Origin: Terriglobia bacterium
GTDB taxonomy: Bacteria; Acidobacteriota; Terriglobia; Acidiferrales; UBA7541
DNA: 64,000 nt
Assembly (NCBI GenBank): GCA_963695545.1
Contig: OY968796.1
Span: 3,392,001-3,456,000 of the forward strand
Direction: 5' to 3'
Part shown: piece after piece, positions 17,595 through 26,635 of the stretch
How the letters are laid out: the number at the start of each line of letters is the position of its first letter
Numbering within the stretch: position 1 is the first letter of the stretch
Notes under the pieces: model-generated
What the model saw: only the letters and a program-made list of their open reading frames with translations
The model's database searches: none
Told to the model about the DNA's origin: nothing
Position numbers and translations under genes: made by a program

Positions 17595-20500
17595 CTAATT
17601 CGGATTGCCGATTACGATGTAATCGAAGGCGTCGGAGGCGCCGGTGCAGGCGACGGCGAAGGCGCTTGCGGATTTCGCGCTCAGGCTGGCGCCGCCGTGC
17701 GTGGTTTCATCGAAAATTAAAATTACGGGCGTCGAGGAATAGGCGTTAGCGAACGTGATGGTCTTCGCGCCGGAGGCGCAGGCGGACGCGCCGGCAAAAT
17801 CGCTGTTCGCGGCGGACTGATTCATGTGACCGCCGTTCACGAAGCCAGACTGCGCGCGGATTTGTGCGGTGGCGTCGAGTTGATAGGACGGGCTCGCGGT
17901 GCCCAGGCCAGTGTTGCCTTCGAGAACATAATGATTGCCGGCGGCGGTGAAGCGCACAACCGACGCGTTCCCGGATTCTTCTCCGGGCGGCGGAAGCGCG
18001 CCTGTGGTGAGCGACGCGCCGGTATCCACGATTGGGAAACTTGCGCCCGCAACATATCCGTTGACGCCGGCGACGCCGCCGGTGCGGCCGTAGACTTTGT
18101 AGCTCGCGGCGCCGGCGCTCGCATTGCAACTGACCGAAACTTCGCCGTGTCCGCCGCCGCCGGAAATCGTGGCCGTCGCCGTTTGCGACCACCACGATTC
18201 GTACGGCGTCGAAGTCGTCGGCACATCGAGGCCGTTCAGAGCGGTCACGATGTACGTGTAGGTTCCATCGGCGAGAGAGCCGCCGCTGGTTGCCGGGGTT
18301 GCGGCGCAGCTCTGCGGACGTTGCAATCCAACATTCAGCGAGCCGCCTTGCTGTCCGACAATTGAGCCGGCGCTCACGTTGTCATCCGTCGCGGTGACGC
18401 GATTCGCGGCGAAGCCCGCGTTGCCCAGGCTCGTGGTGAATCCGCAGCTTTCGACGGTGCCCTGAAATGGCGCGCCATTGATCGGTCCGGGCAGAAAATT
18501 CCACGCGTCGATGCAGGGATTCGCGCCGTAGGGAGAAAGCACCGTGGATCCGACCCATCCCGCGAGCGCGGAAGGCGGCGTGGACGGATTCTGAATGGTG
18601 ACATTCTGGATCGGGTTGAGATAGCCGACGATGCCCACCATCGGAAGATTCGCGACGCTCGTGTCGTAAACTCCGCCGGAAATATTCAGCGCGTTGATCG
18701 CGAAGTTTTGCGAATCGAGATCGACGAGCGAAGTGAACAGAGTCTCCGCGGTGACATCGGTGAAATCGAAAGTGTTTGAATTTGGGCCGAGGCTCGAGGT
18801 TTCTCCCGAAATCTTTATGCCGCCGTATTCAAAGACGGTGCCGTTCACGAAAACCACGTCGGACGGCGTGCGCGATCCGTTCGCAAGCTCGAACCACACG
18901 GCATCGTCAATGCCGTTGCCCTGATATTTTCCGTGATCGAGCATGGTCCAGCAGCACGCGTCGCGCACTTTCAGCATCGGGCCGTATCCAGTGGTCGCGC
19001 CGAAGGCTTGAATGTTTTGCAAGGACTCGTTGCTTTGGCTATAGATTTCAATCGCGCTGCCGTTCGCGGAATATCCGCCGACGAAGAGATCCTGAAGTTT
19101 TCCCGCGCCGGCGCTGACGCCGGAGAAAAGCACGGGAAGCACGCCGGCGTCGGCCGAAAGCACGGCGGCCACTGGCCCATATCCGAATTGCGATTCGTCG
19201 TAGCCGCCGAGGCCGTGAATGCTCCAGCCCTGGCCGAGCGTGAGCGTGTTTGAGATGTTGAGCGCGCCGATCAGCCGGAAATCACAAGTGCCCGTCGTGG
19301 CCGGCAGATCGAGCGTGCCGTAGGCGTTGTAAAAACCGTTCGCCGCGGGCGCGTAGAGCACGCCGCCGGTCATTGTTCCGCCGCCGCGCGTGGTGGCGCA
19401 GGCCGAAGCCGCGGCGTTGATCGCGGCGGTGTCGTCGTGATAGATGGTCGCGCCGCTCGCGGCGGTTGTCGCGGATGCGCCGAGCGTGAGACTCGTGGTT
19501 CCGCCGCCGGACGCGATCGTGGCGAGCAGCCATTGCGGCGTGGCCGAAGACGGTGGAGCGGTGGGCACGTTCAGCGGCCAATACGCAACCGCGCCGACGC
19601 CGCGATCGACCCACTTGATCGGCTGCGCGATTGCGCCGGCGGTTTCCGTGGTGTTCGTGCCGCTCGATGTCCAGGTCAGCGTGAAAGACGGCGAAGGCGC
19701 GACGGCCGTGACCGTGAACGTGCCGTTGAAATTCGTCGTGCCGGAAACTGTGATTTGGCTGCCGACAATCGCGTAATTGCACGCGGTGCAAAATTGATTC
19801 ACGGACGCGGTGACCGACGAGCCGCCGGTGCGCGTGATGCTTGTGATGTTGTACGGCGGCGAGAGCTCGGCCGAGAACGTGCCCCACGCGGCGCCGTCTT
19901 TGTAAATCGCGTAGAACGCCGCGCCGGTGACCGGCGTGATCGCGCCCTGGATGAAATCCGTCGCGGTGAGCGTGGCCGGCGCGTTGGTCACCGTGAACGA
20001 CGTTGCCGCTGACGCCCCGCGCAGCGAATCGACGGCGACGACTTTGTAAGTGTGCGACGTCGAGCCGGTGGTTCCCTGCACCACGGCGGCGACTCCCGCC
20101 GGCGCGGCGAGCGAGCTCGCGGGGCCGGCGCCGGGGATCATCACGCCTTCACCGTTGGCAAAATCTTGCGCCGACGCGAGCGTTAGCGATGAAGAGCTCG
20201 CGGCGATTGTGCCGGTCGTCGTGGTGCTCGAACCGGACGCGCTCCACGCGGTGACGTCCCAGTAAGGAATCGGGCCTTTGAAAGAATTGTTGCCGGTCCA
20301 CGCGTTGTTCGCGCTGAGATTTCCTCCGCCACCGCCGCCGGTGATCGGATTTCCGTCAACGGTGAGCGTGCCGGCCACAGTCTCGTTTCCGCTAACGCCC
20401 AGATTTCCCGCGAGCGAAAGTGAAAACGCGGAGATGCCGCTGGTCGTGGTGACCGATGTGAACGTCGGCGACGATGGATCGCTCGGCAAAATCACATCGG

Positions 20501-20840
20501 GTAGCACGCGCGTGGTGATGCCGGGGCCGTAAATCTGAATCGTGTATTTTCCGGGCGCGGCGTAGAAAAAATAATTGCCCAGGCCGTCGGTGGAGACGGG
20601 ATTCGCAAGCGGCGTGGTGAGCGCGGAATTGGAATAGAGCGCGGCGAGCGGCGAGCACGGCGCGGTGGTGGTCGTCGCAGGCTCGGTGCAGATCGCAACG
20701 CTCGCGCCGGCCAGCGGCTGGCCGGTCGGGCCGAGCACGACGTCGTCGTGGCGCGAGCCTTGCGCGGCCGCCGTCGTCGCCATTGCCGCGCTCAACATCG
20801 CGCACAGCAGCACCAGTCCAATCAATTTCGGAAATCTCAA
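17595..20840 (-). CDS. Tailspike-like protein with N-terminal signal peptide
   Basis: MRFPKLIGLVLLCAMLSAAMATTAAA-QG. A tailspike particle-binding-like segment follows (LANPVSTDGLGNYFFYAAPGKYTIQIYG), then a beta-helix entry motif DDTAAINAA and an H-type-lectin-like end (TITFANAYSSTPVI). Confidence 0.75.
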   Translation of the reverse strand: MRFPKLIGLVLLCAMLSAAMATTAAAQGSRHDDVVLGPTGQPLAGASVAICTEPATTTTAPCSPLAALYSNSALTTPLANPVSTDGLGNYFFYAAPGKYTIQIYGPGITTRVLPDVILPSDPSSPTFTSVTTTSGISAFSLSLAGNLGVSGNETVAGTLTVDGNPITGGGGGGNLSANNAWTGNNSFKGPIPYWDVTAWSASGSSTTTTGTIAASSSSLTLASAQDFANGEGVMIPGAGPASSLAAPAGVAAVVQGTTGSTSHTYKVVAVDSLRGASAATSFTVTNAPATLTATDFIQGAITPVTGAAFYAIYKDGAAWGTFSAELSPPYNITSITRTGGSSVTASVNQFCTACNYAIVGSQITVSGTTNFNGTFTVTAVAPSPSFTLTWTSSGTNTTETAGAIAQPIKWVDRGVGAVAYWPLNVPTAPPSSATPQWLLATIASGGGTTSLTLGASATTAASGATIYHDDTAAINAAASACATTRGGGTMTGGVLYAPAANGFYNAYGTLDLPATTGTCDFRLIGALNISNTLTLGQGWSIHGLGGYDESQFGYGPVAAVLSADAGVLPVLFSGVSAGAGKLQDLFVGGYSANGSAIEIYSQSNESLQNIQAFGATTGYGPMLKVRDACCWTMLDHGKYQGNGIDDAVWFELANGSRTPSDVVFVNGTVFEYGGIKISGETSSLGPNSNTFDFTDVTAETLFTSLVDLDSQNFAINALNISGGVYDTSVANLPMVGIVGYLNPIQNVTIQNPSTPPSALAGWVGSTVLSPYGANPCIDAWNFLPGPINGAPFQGTVESCGFTTSLGNAGFAANRVTATDDNVSAGSIVGQQGGSLNVGLQRPQSCAATPATSGGSLADGTYTYIVTALNGLDVPTTSTPYESWWSQTATATISGGGGHGEVSVSCNASAGAASYKVYGRTGGVAGVNGYVAGASFPIVDTGASLTTGALPPPGEESGNASVVRFTAAGNHYVLEGNTGLGTASPSYQLDATAQIRAQSGFVNGGHMNQSAANSDFAGASACASGAKTITFANAYSSTPVILIFDETTHGGASLSAKSASAFAVACTGASDAFDYIVIGNPN

Positions 20841-20904
20841 TGTCTTCTTGCGAAAAGAAAATTCCGGTCAGAGAGGAACGCGAGCCGCGCAAAAGCGGCG
20901 TTGG

Positions 20905-21276
20905 CTACGGCAACATTTTCGCGGTGAATGTGGAACCGCCGGTGGCGCTCGAGACGTTGATGCGCAGGAATTTCGCGCGCACGCCGGTCACGGTGCGCGC
21001 TTCGCCGGCGGTATTCGTGCTGGTGTCGAGCGTCGCGTATTCGGTGGCCACGTCGGCCATCGCGCCTTGCAATTGAATGTTTACGGCCGAGGGCGCGGTG
21101 GCGAAAATAGTTTGCCAGCGCACGGTGCGGTCGTCGCTGGCGAAGCCCGAAGGATTCGTGAGCGCGAATTGCGCGCCGGCGCTCGCCGATGTCGGCAGCG
21201 TCTCGCCGTTGAAGCTGTAGCCCACGTCGCCTGGAAAAAGCGAATACGGCGGCAGCGCATTGTTGTAAGCCGGCAT
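20905..21276 (-). CDS. Small beta-sandwich virion-like protein, paralog B (first gene of the operon)
   Basis: MPAYNNALPPYSLFPGD...AKFLRINVSS; GGAGG RBS. Confidence 0.7.
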   Translation of the reverse strand: MPAYNNALPPYSLFPGDVGYSFNGETLPTSASAGAQFALTNPSGFASDDRTVRWQTIFATAPSAVNIQLQGAMADVATEYATLDTSTNTAGEARTVTGVRAKFLRINVSSATGGSTFTAKMLP

Positions 21277-21441
21277 CGGGACCTCCGTGTGCGATTTGTT
21301 GTGCTGCGCAATCCGGTTCGCAATCGCGCGTCGGCGCGTTCGAGCGCTGACGCGCATTTTTGCGCGCGCGTTCGCACTCGCGCGGTTCGCGATTCTGTCT
21401 GCTGCTTATGCTTCTTGCCCTGCGGCGGGAAAAATCAGTGC

Positions 21442-21471
21442 AAAATAAAAAACCCCGACAGTCTGCCGGGG
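21442..21471 (-). terminator. Intrinsic terminator/attenuator in the operon leader
   Basis: Minus strand CCCCGGCA-GAC-TGTCGGGG followed by TTTTTTATTTT. Confidence 0.75.
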
Positions 21472-21474
21472 CGC

Positions 21475-21504
21475 TTGACACTTTTCTACAGGAAGCAGTA
21501 TAGC
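21475..21504 (+). promoter_or_regulatory. Possible overlapping opposite-strand promoter
   Basis: TTGACA (21475-21480), 18 nt, TATAGC (21499-21504), facing the DUF885 gene. Confidence 0.4.
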
Positions 21505-21525
21505 GCAGGACGATTTTTTTGTCAA
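21497..21525 (-). promoter_or_regulatory. Sigma70-type promoter for the structural operon
   Basis: TTGACA (21525-21520), 17 nt, TATACT (21502-21497). Confidence 0.75.
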
Positions 21526-21698
21526 GGCCCTCGGCGATTTTTAATTTCCATTCTTTGGGAGTGCGATATATCCTCCGCCGCAGTGGGGCGCGAAAAAGAG
21601 ATTCTTGGCGACGCGATGCAGAGCGCGCGCGCAGCGTGGCGAAGAACCGCGTAGAAGAAATGGGGGCGGCGATGCGAACGAGCGGAACTGTGGCGGCG

Positions 21699-23552
21699 AT
21701 GCGGAGATTGGTGCCGCGGCGCTGGAGAACTTCGCTGCGCTCGAGCGCGCTGACGCGGATCGCGCTAACGCCGCTCGTAGCGTTCACTTCGCTTGCGGCG
21801 CTCGCGTTGTGCGCGATTCCGACGGCGAGCGCGCCGCCAGCTACTCCGACGACCACCGAGCGGCTGCAAACGCTGGCGCAATCGATCACGTTCGATTGGG
21901 CGGCGACGCATCCGCTCGTCGCGACGGCGCTTGGCTTGAGCGACGAAGATGGGCAGCTCGACACGCCGTCGGCCGCGGAGAACGCGCGCGATCTGGCGAC
22001 GATTCAAGGTTGGGAGAGCGATCTCGACGCGATTCCGCTCGACGCCGCCTCGATGCGCGATGTGGACGACGCGAAGCTGCTGCGCGCGCAGCTTGTGAAC
22101 TACGAGCGGCAATACACGATTTACAAAACGTATGAGAAGGACCCGTCCGGGCCGGCGGTGGCGATTGTCGGCGCGATCTACACGCAATTTCTGCATTTGC
22201 CGATCGCCGGCACCGACGGCGCGAGCGAGGCCGACGTCGACGCGGCGTGGAAGAAAATTATTTCGCGCGTGGCCGCGGCGCCCGCGTACATCACGGCGGG
22301 CAACGCGCTGGTGACGCATCCGGGACATCTTTATGGCGTGACCGGCTCGGAGGAGCTGGCCGGCGCGCCGGATCTTTTTAATGGTCCGCTGACCGACGCG
22401 GCGAAGGCGCAGCTCTCCGCCGATCGATTCGCGGCGTTCGTGCGCGCGCGCGACGCCACGCTGGCGGTGATCGACGAGACCAAGAAAAATATCGACGCGA
22501 ACGCGGCGTCGTGGCCCGAAAATTACGCCATGGGCCGCGCCGCTTACGACGCGATGCTGCGTGATGAATTGCTGCTGCCATTTAACTCGAGCGAAATCGA
22601 AAGCATGGGGCGCGACGAGCTCGCGCACGGAGCCGCCGTGCAATTCTGGACGGAAGCGCTGGCCGCCGAGCGCGGCACGCCGATTGGCGCCGCGAGCGGC
22701 GGAGGTCTTGCGCCCGGAGGGCCCGCGCTGATCGATTACTATCGCGCGCGCATCGCGCAACTGCGCGATTTCGTCGTCGCGCATCATGTGGTGGACGTGC
22801 CGGCGTGGCTCGGCGAAATCAACGTGATCGAGACGCCGAAGTTTTTGCAACCGGTGTCGCCGGGCGCGTCGATGAATCCGCCACTGCTTTTCAGCAAAAG
22901 CTCCACCGGATTTTATTTCATCACGCCGCCGGTCTCGCTGGCGGACGCGGCGAAGAATCTCGATCCCAACGAGGATTTCGACAGCGATCGCATTCTGCAG
23001 ACCGCCGCGCACGAAGCCATGCCCGGACATTTTCTACAGCTTTCGATCGCGCGGCGCAATCCGGATTTCGTGCGCAAGATTCAGAGCAGCGGCGAGTTCA
23101 TGGAGGGCTGGGCGTATTACGGCGAAGAAATGTTCGTGCAGCTGGGATTGTACGGCGATCATCTCGATGGCCGCTACGACGCGGCGCAGTGGGAGCGCGT
23201 GCGCGGCGCGCGCGCCATCGTCGATCCCGAACTTGCCAGCGGCGATTGGAGCTTCGAGCGCGCCGTGGAATTTTTCGCGCACGAAACCGGCTTCACGCCC
23301 GAGCAGGCCAAAGCCGCCGTCTCCGCAATCGCGCTCGGACCAGGCTACGTGATTTCCTACACCGCCGGCCGCGAGCAGATCGAAACGCTGCTCAGCGATT
23401 ATCGAGCGAAAGTCGGCGCCGCCGCGTCGCTCGAAGATTTCCACGATCGCCTGCTCTGCTACGGCTCGACCCCGCTCTCGATCGTAGGCCCTGAGCTGCT
23501 AGCCGATCTCGCCAAGCCGCTCGACGAGGTCCGCGCTAACGCCGGATATTGA
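21699..23552 (+). CDS. DUF885-family secreted metallopeptidase-like protein
   Basis: HEAMPGHFLQ and EGWAYYGE motifs; signal peptide; start uncertain. Confidence 0.85.
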   Translation: MRRLVPRRWRTSLRSSALTRIALTPLVAFTSLAALALCAIPTASAPPATPTTTERLQTLAQSITFDWAATHPLVATALGLSDEDGQLDTPSAAENARDLATIQGWESDLDAIPLDAASMRDVDDAKLLRAQLVNYERQYTIYKTYEKDPSGPAVAIVGAIYTQFLHLPIAGTDGASEADVDAAWKKIISRVAAAPAYITAGNALVTHPGHLYGVTGSEELAGAPDLFNGPLTDAAKAQLSADRFAAFVRARDATLAVIDETKKNIDANAASWPENYAMGRAAYDAMLRDELLLPFNSSEIESMGRDELAHGAAVQFWTEALAAERGTPIGAASGGGLAPGGPALIDYYRARIAQLRDFVVAHHVVDVPAWLGEINVIETPKFLQPVSPGASMNPPLLFSKSSTGFYFITPPVSLADAAKNLDPNEDFDSDRILQTAAHEAMPGHFLQLSIARRNPDFVRKIQSSGEFMEGWAYYGEEMFVQLGLYGDHLDGRYDAAQWERVRGARAIVDPELASGDWSFERAVEFFAHETGFTPEQAKAAVSAIALGPGYVISYTAGREQIETLLSDYRAKVGAAASLEDFHDRLLCYGSTPLSIVGPELLADLAKPLDEVRANAGY

Positions 23553-23562
23553 AACGATCTCA

Positions 23563-23750
23563 GGGGATTGTGCCTTTGACACAAAGTAGATGCCAAGCGT
23601 CGCCCTGCTTACCTAGACGAAATGTGCTTCCGGTTCAACGACCGTGACAGTCCTTATCTATTCCGCGACCCGCTCACCAAGATGATTCAAGCGCCAGATC
23701 TCGAATTGAAAGAGCTTGTTGCGGAACGGCCTGAGTCTGCGGCTGGGATG
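23563..23750 (+). mobile_element. IS1595-family transposase C-terminal remnant
   Basis: HKVDAKRRPAYLDEMCFRFNDRDSPYLFRD...ELKELVA resembles the H..S.KHL..YLDE..FRFN motif; preceded by a GGGGATT IR-like end. Confidence 0.6.
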
Positions 23751-23756
23751 TTAACT

Positions 23757-24797
23757 CTAATTCAGGTGCAGAGCGCCGTATTCTATGCGGTCAGCGCAGA
23801 GCTTGCGAAGCGAAAGAATGGACGAAGGGTCTCTTGAGAACCCCCCGCCTGCGCATGCGAGAAGGAGTCCTTGGCCCGCATGTAACTGATAGACTAAGGT
23901 CTGGGCATCTTTGAATCTAGCGTTCCACTCCGAGTTTAGTCGATCCCCAAATTGTTCAGAAGCCTTTCGATCCGCATCTTGGACTGCGGGAGTCCATCCT
24001 GCGGGTGAGGCCGCGGTCGGCTTTGGCACATCCTGCGAAACCGAAGCAATCCAATCGTCGATTTCTTTTGCCATTTCTAGCCCCCGTCGCTTCAGATCTT
24101 GTGTTTGGGCAGGGGTCAGAGCAGGGGAAAATGGGGGGCTTGACGAAGGGGGACTTGAAGCCTGCGCAGCATTAGCTTGCTGCTGGCGCGAAATGGCTTC
24201 CGAATCAAGATGCCCCTGAACTCCGAGTGCCCTGATACCCACGTCAACCGTCGCCTCAATTTCTTCGCGCGTAAAATCAATTTCCTTTCGCTCTGCGGAA
24301 AATTCTTGTTCCTGCTGATTGAATAAATCGGATTCCTTTTGCAAGAGGGCCTCGAAACCTTTTTGCTCTTGGTCCTGTGTTGCTTTATTTGCAGCGATCG
24401 TCGCCCTGAATTGTTTGTTGTTCGTCGTAATCTCCGCGTTTGTGCTGTCAATTGTGGCCTGTACACCGGCGACGATCTTATTAAATTGGCACAGACTCGT
24501 TTCATACCTAGATTCTGCGACGTTAGCAGCGGCCTGAGCATCGGCATCAGCTTTAGAATGCTCCCTGTCGGATGCTGTCTTGCCAACTAAACCCATGGCC
24601 ACAATAACGACAATGTAGATTGCCTTTTGCCATGGCCTCATGTCCGCCAACATCATCAGAGCCACGAACACGCCGAATCCGAGCAATAGATAATCGGAGT
24701 TCGGCCGGAAGTAAAGATAAACGCATAACAAAACGCCAAGAACTTGAAGCGGGGTATGAAACCAGAGATTCGTTGGGTTTGGATTTTCCTCGGACAC
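23757..24797 (-). CDS. Membrane-anchored coiled-coil protein (lower GC), paralog of 31632-32514
   Basis: About three N-terminal TMs, coiled coil, Pro/Ser linker, C-terminal IDDWIA...LNSEW...LAC.GG domain; probable GTG start. Confidence 0.65.
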   Translation of the reverse strand: MSEENPNPTNLWFHTPLQVLGVLLCVYLYFRPNSDYLLLGFGVFVALMMLADMRPWQKAIYIVVIVAMGLVGKTASDREHSKADADAQAAANVAESRYETSLCQFNKIVAGVQATIDSTNAEITTNNKQFRATIAANKATQDQEQKGFEALLQKESDLFNQQEQEFSAERKEIDFTREEIEATVDVGIRALGVQGHLDSEAISRQQQANAAQASSPPSSSPPFSPALTPAQTQDLKRRGLEMAKEIDDWIASVSQDVPKPTAASPAGWTPAVQDADRKASEQFGDRLNSEWNARFKDAQTLVYQLHAGQGLLLACAGGGFSRDPSSILSLRKLCADRIEYGALHLN

Positions 24798-24855
24798 GCC
24801 CCCTCCTCCACGCATGACTTAAGTGGAAAAGAGTACCGCCAACGCATACCTTGTG

Positions 24856-25245
24856 TCATCGGGACGACCCTGCCAAGAAATATCTCCCCGGCGGATACAC
24901 GCCGCGGCGCACGAGTTCGCGGCCGACGCTGCGGCGAATCTGGATCGCCCAGTCGGCCCAAGTGTCAGGAGAGATGCCGAGCTCGCGGCGCGCGCGCTCG
25001 TATTCGGCGCCGCCGAGATAGAACATGCGGAACATGATCATGCGGCTGGCCTGACGCCGATCGAGCGCGGCCTCGCCGGCCAGCGCGAAATCGGCGACGT
25101 AATCGCCCAAGCGCGCGCGGCGATCCGGCCGCCAGCGATATTCCGACGAGCGCTCGGCGTGCATGATCGGAATTTTTTCGGCCAGCACATCGCGCGCGGC
25201 GCGGTAGACCTCGTGGCAAACATCAAAGGCCGTTTCTGCTTTCAT
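24856..25245 (-). CDS. Late-gene activator/antiterminator-like protein (C-terminal sigma4-like HTH)
   Basis: MFRMFYLGGAEYERARRELGISPDTW pattern as in RinA/ArpU/Q-type regulators; GGAGG RBS; last early gene before the late operon. Confidence 0.55.
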   Translation of the reverse strand: MKAETAFDVCHEVYRAARDVLAEKIPIMHAERSSEYRWRPDRRARLGDYVADFALAGEAALDRRQASRMIMFRMFYLGGAEYERARRELGISPDTWADWAIQIRRSVGRELVRRGVYPPGRYFLAGSSR

Positions 25246-25346
25246 CGCGTGCCTCCACCGGCCTTTATCAGGATGGCCGCGACTGTCGTTCTGAGCTCGC
25301 CGCGCAGCGCCGCGCGACCCACACTAAGATTTGCTCACCATATTTA

Positions 25347-26396
25347 TCAGCGCCCGTTCGCAGCGCCCTTCGCCCGCGTCGGAGCCGCGTCGCGCGCGCC
25401 GTCGCCAGATTTCTTCGTCGGCGCATCGCCTGGCGCGCGCAGCGGCGGCAATTCCGGGCCGCGGCCGACGTTCAAATCGCGCGCGAGCTGCAGCGCCTTC
25501 GCGTCCTGCCGAGATTGCCACCACGCCGGCGGCGCGGGCGATGATCGTCCTTGATTCGCGGCCGAAGATCCGCCGACGAACGGCCGCGCCGTCGCTCGAT
25601 TCCCTGCCGCCGGCGACGTGCGGCTTGCCCAGGGATCGAGCGATCGCGCCGCCTGCGCAAATGCGCGCTCGGCGGTCCCGCGCACATCGCCGGTGAATGA
25701 ATCTCCCTGCGCGGGTTCGATGAAGTGTGCTTTGGCAGTTCGTTCTGCAGTTCTTTCCAGAGAGGGTTGAGGCAGTGGCAGTCGCCTTTGCGGATTTTTC
25801 TCCCGCCCCAAATCCAAATTCTGATTCCGATACAAATCCGAATCCTGTGGTTGAGCCGGCTCAATCCCCGCCTTGAGTTCGCTCAAGCCCGAGCTTGAGT
25901 GTCTGCAAGATCCCTGCGCGGTTTCCTGCCCGGCATTTTCTTCACGAAGTTGCACCGCGCGGTCCACCGATGATTGCGAAATTTGCGCCGCCTGCTGTTT
26001 CGCGCCGCGCGAAAATCGCGCCACGTACTCCGCCAGCTCTTTGCGCGGCACCGGCGGCGCCAATTTTTCGAGGCGCACCCGCCACGACGGCGCCGGCAAG
26101 CGTCCCGGCACATCGCTGCCGGTCCAATGACCGTAGCGCTTGCCACTCGATTCCCAACGGAACAACAATCCGCGCGCGCCAAATTCATCGAAGACCTGCT
26201 CGAGCCGCTCGATCGTGAAGTTGCGCCGAATCGCGGCCACGCGTCCCCAAATCACGCGCAGATTCGTGAGCTCGAAACTTCCCGACGCGTCGGCCAATCC
26301 GTAGAGCCACGCGTATTCCGCCTGCGCCCACTCCGCGCACGCCGCAAGTTTGTCGGATGACCACATCGCGTCGGCATCAATCACGCGCTTTGGCAC
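25347..26396 (-). CDS. Phage replication initiator/replisome-organiser-like protein
   Basis: N-terminus MPKRVIDADAMWSSDKL...YAWLYGLADASG...GLLFRW fits the wHTH initiator type; low-complexity C-terminal half. Confidence 0.55.
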   Translation of the reverse strand: MPKRVIDADAMWSSDKLAACAEWAQAEYAWLYGLADASGSFELTNLRVIWGRVAAIRRNFTIERLEQVFDEFGARGLLFRWESSGKRYGHWTGSDVPGRLPAPSWRVRLEKLAPPVPRKELAEYVARFSRGAKQQAAQISQSSVDRAVQLREENAGQETAQGSCRHSSSGLSELKAGIEPAQPQDSDLYRNQNLDLGREKNPQRRLPLPQPSLERTAERTAKAHFIEPAQGDSFTGDVRGTAERAFAQAARSLDPWASRTSPAAGNRATARPFVGGSSAANQGRSSPAPPAWWQSRQDAKALQLARDLNVGRGPELPPLRAPGDAPTKKSGDGARDAAPTRAKGAANGR

Positions 26397-26635
26397 AACG
26401 CACCTCCCTGTTCACAATCGTTCACTTGTTTTTCCCGCGTGTTCAGATCGTGCACGTTCGGTGACATGTTCATGCGCGGTCCGACGCGATCGATTCGTGC
26501 ACATTCGATGACACGTTACATCGCGCGCGTAACGCGATCGCGCGCGCCGAGCATCGATCGCCGCGCCGCAAAAGTCCGCGCGCCCGAAATGGAACTCGCG
26601 TCGCAGCGCGATCACCGCCGATTTTTTGCCGCGCC

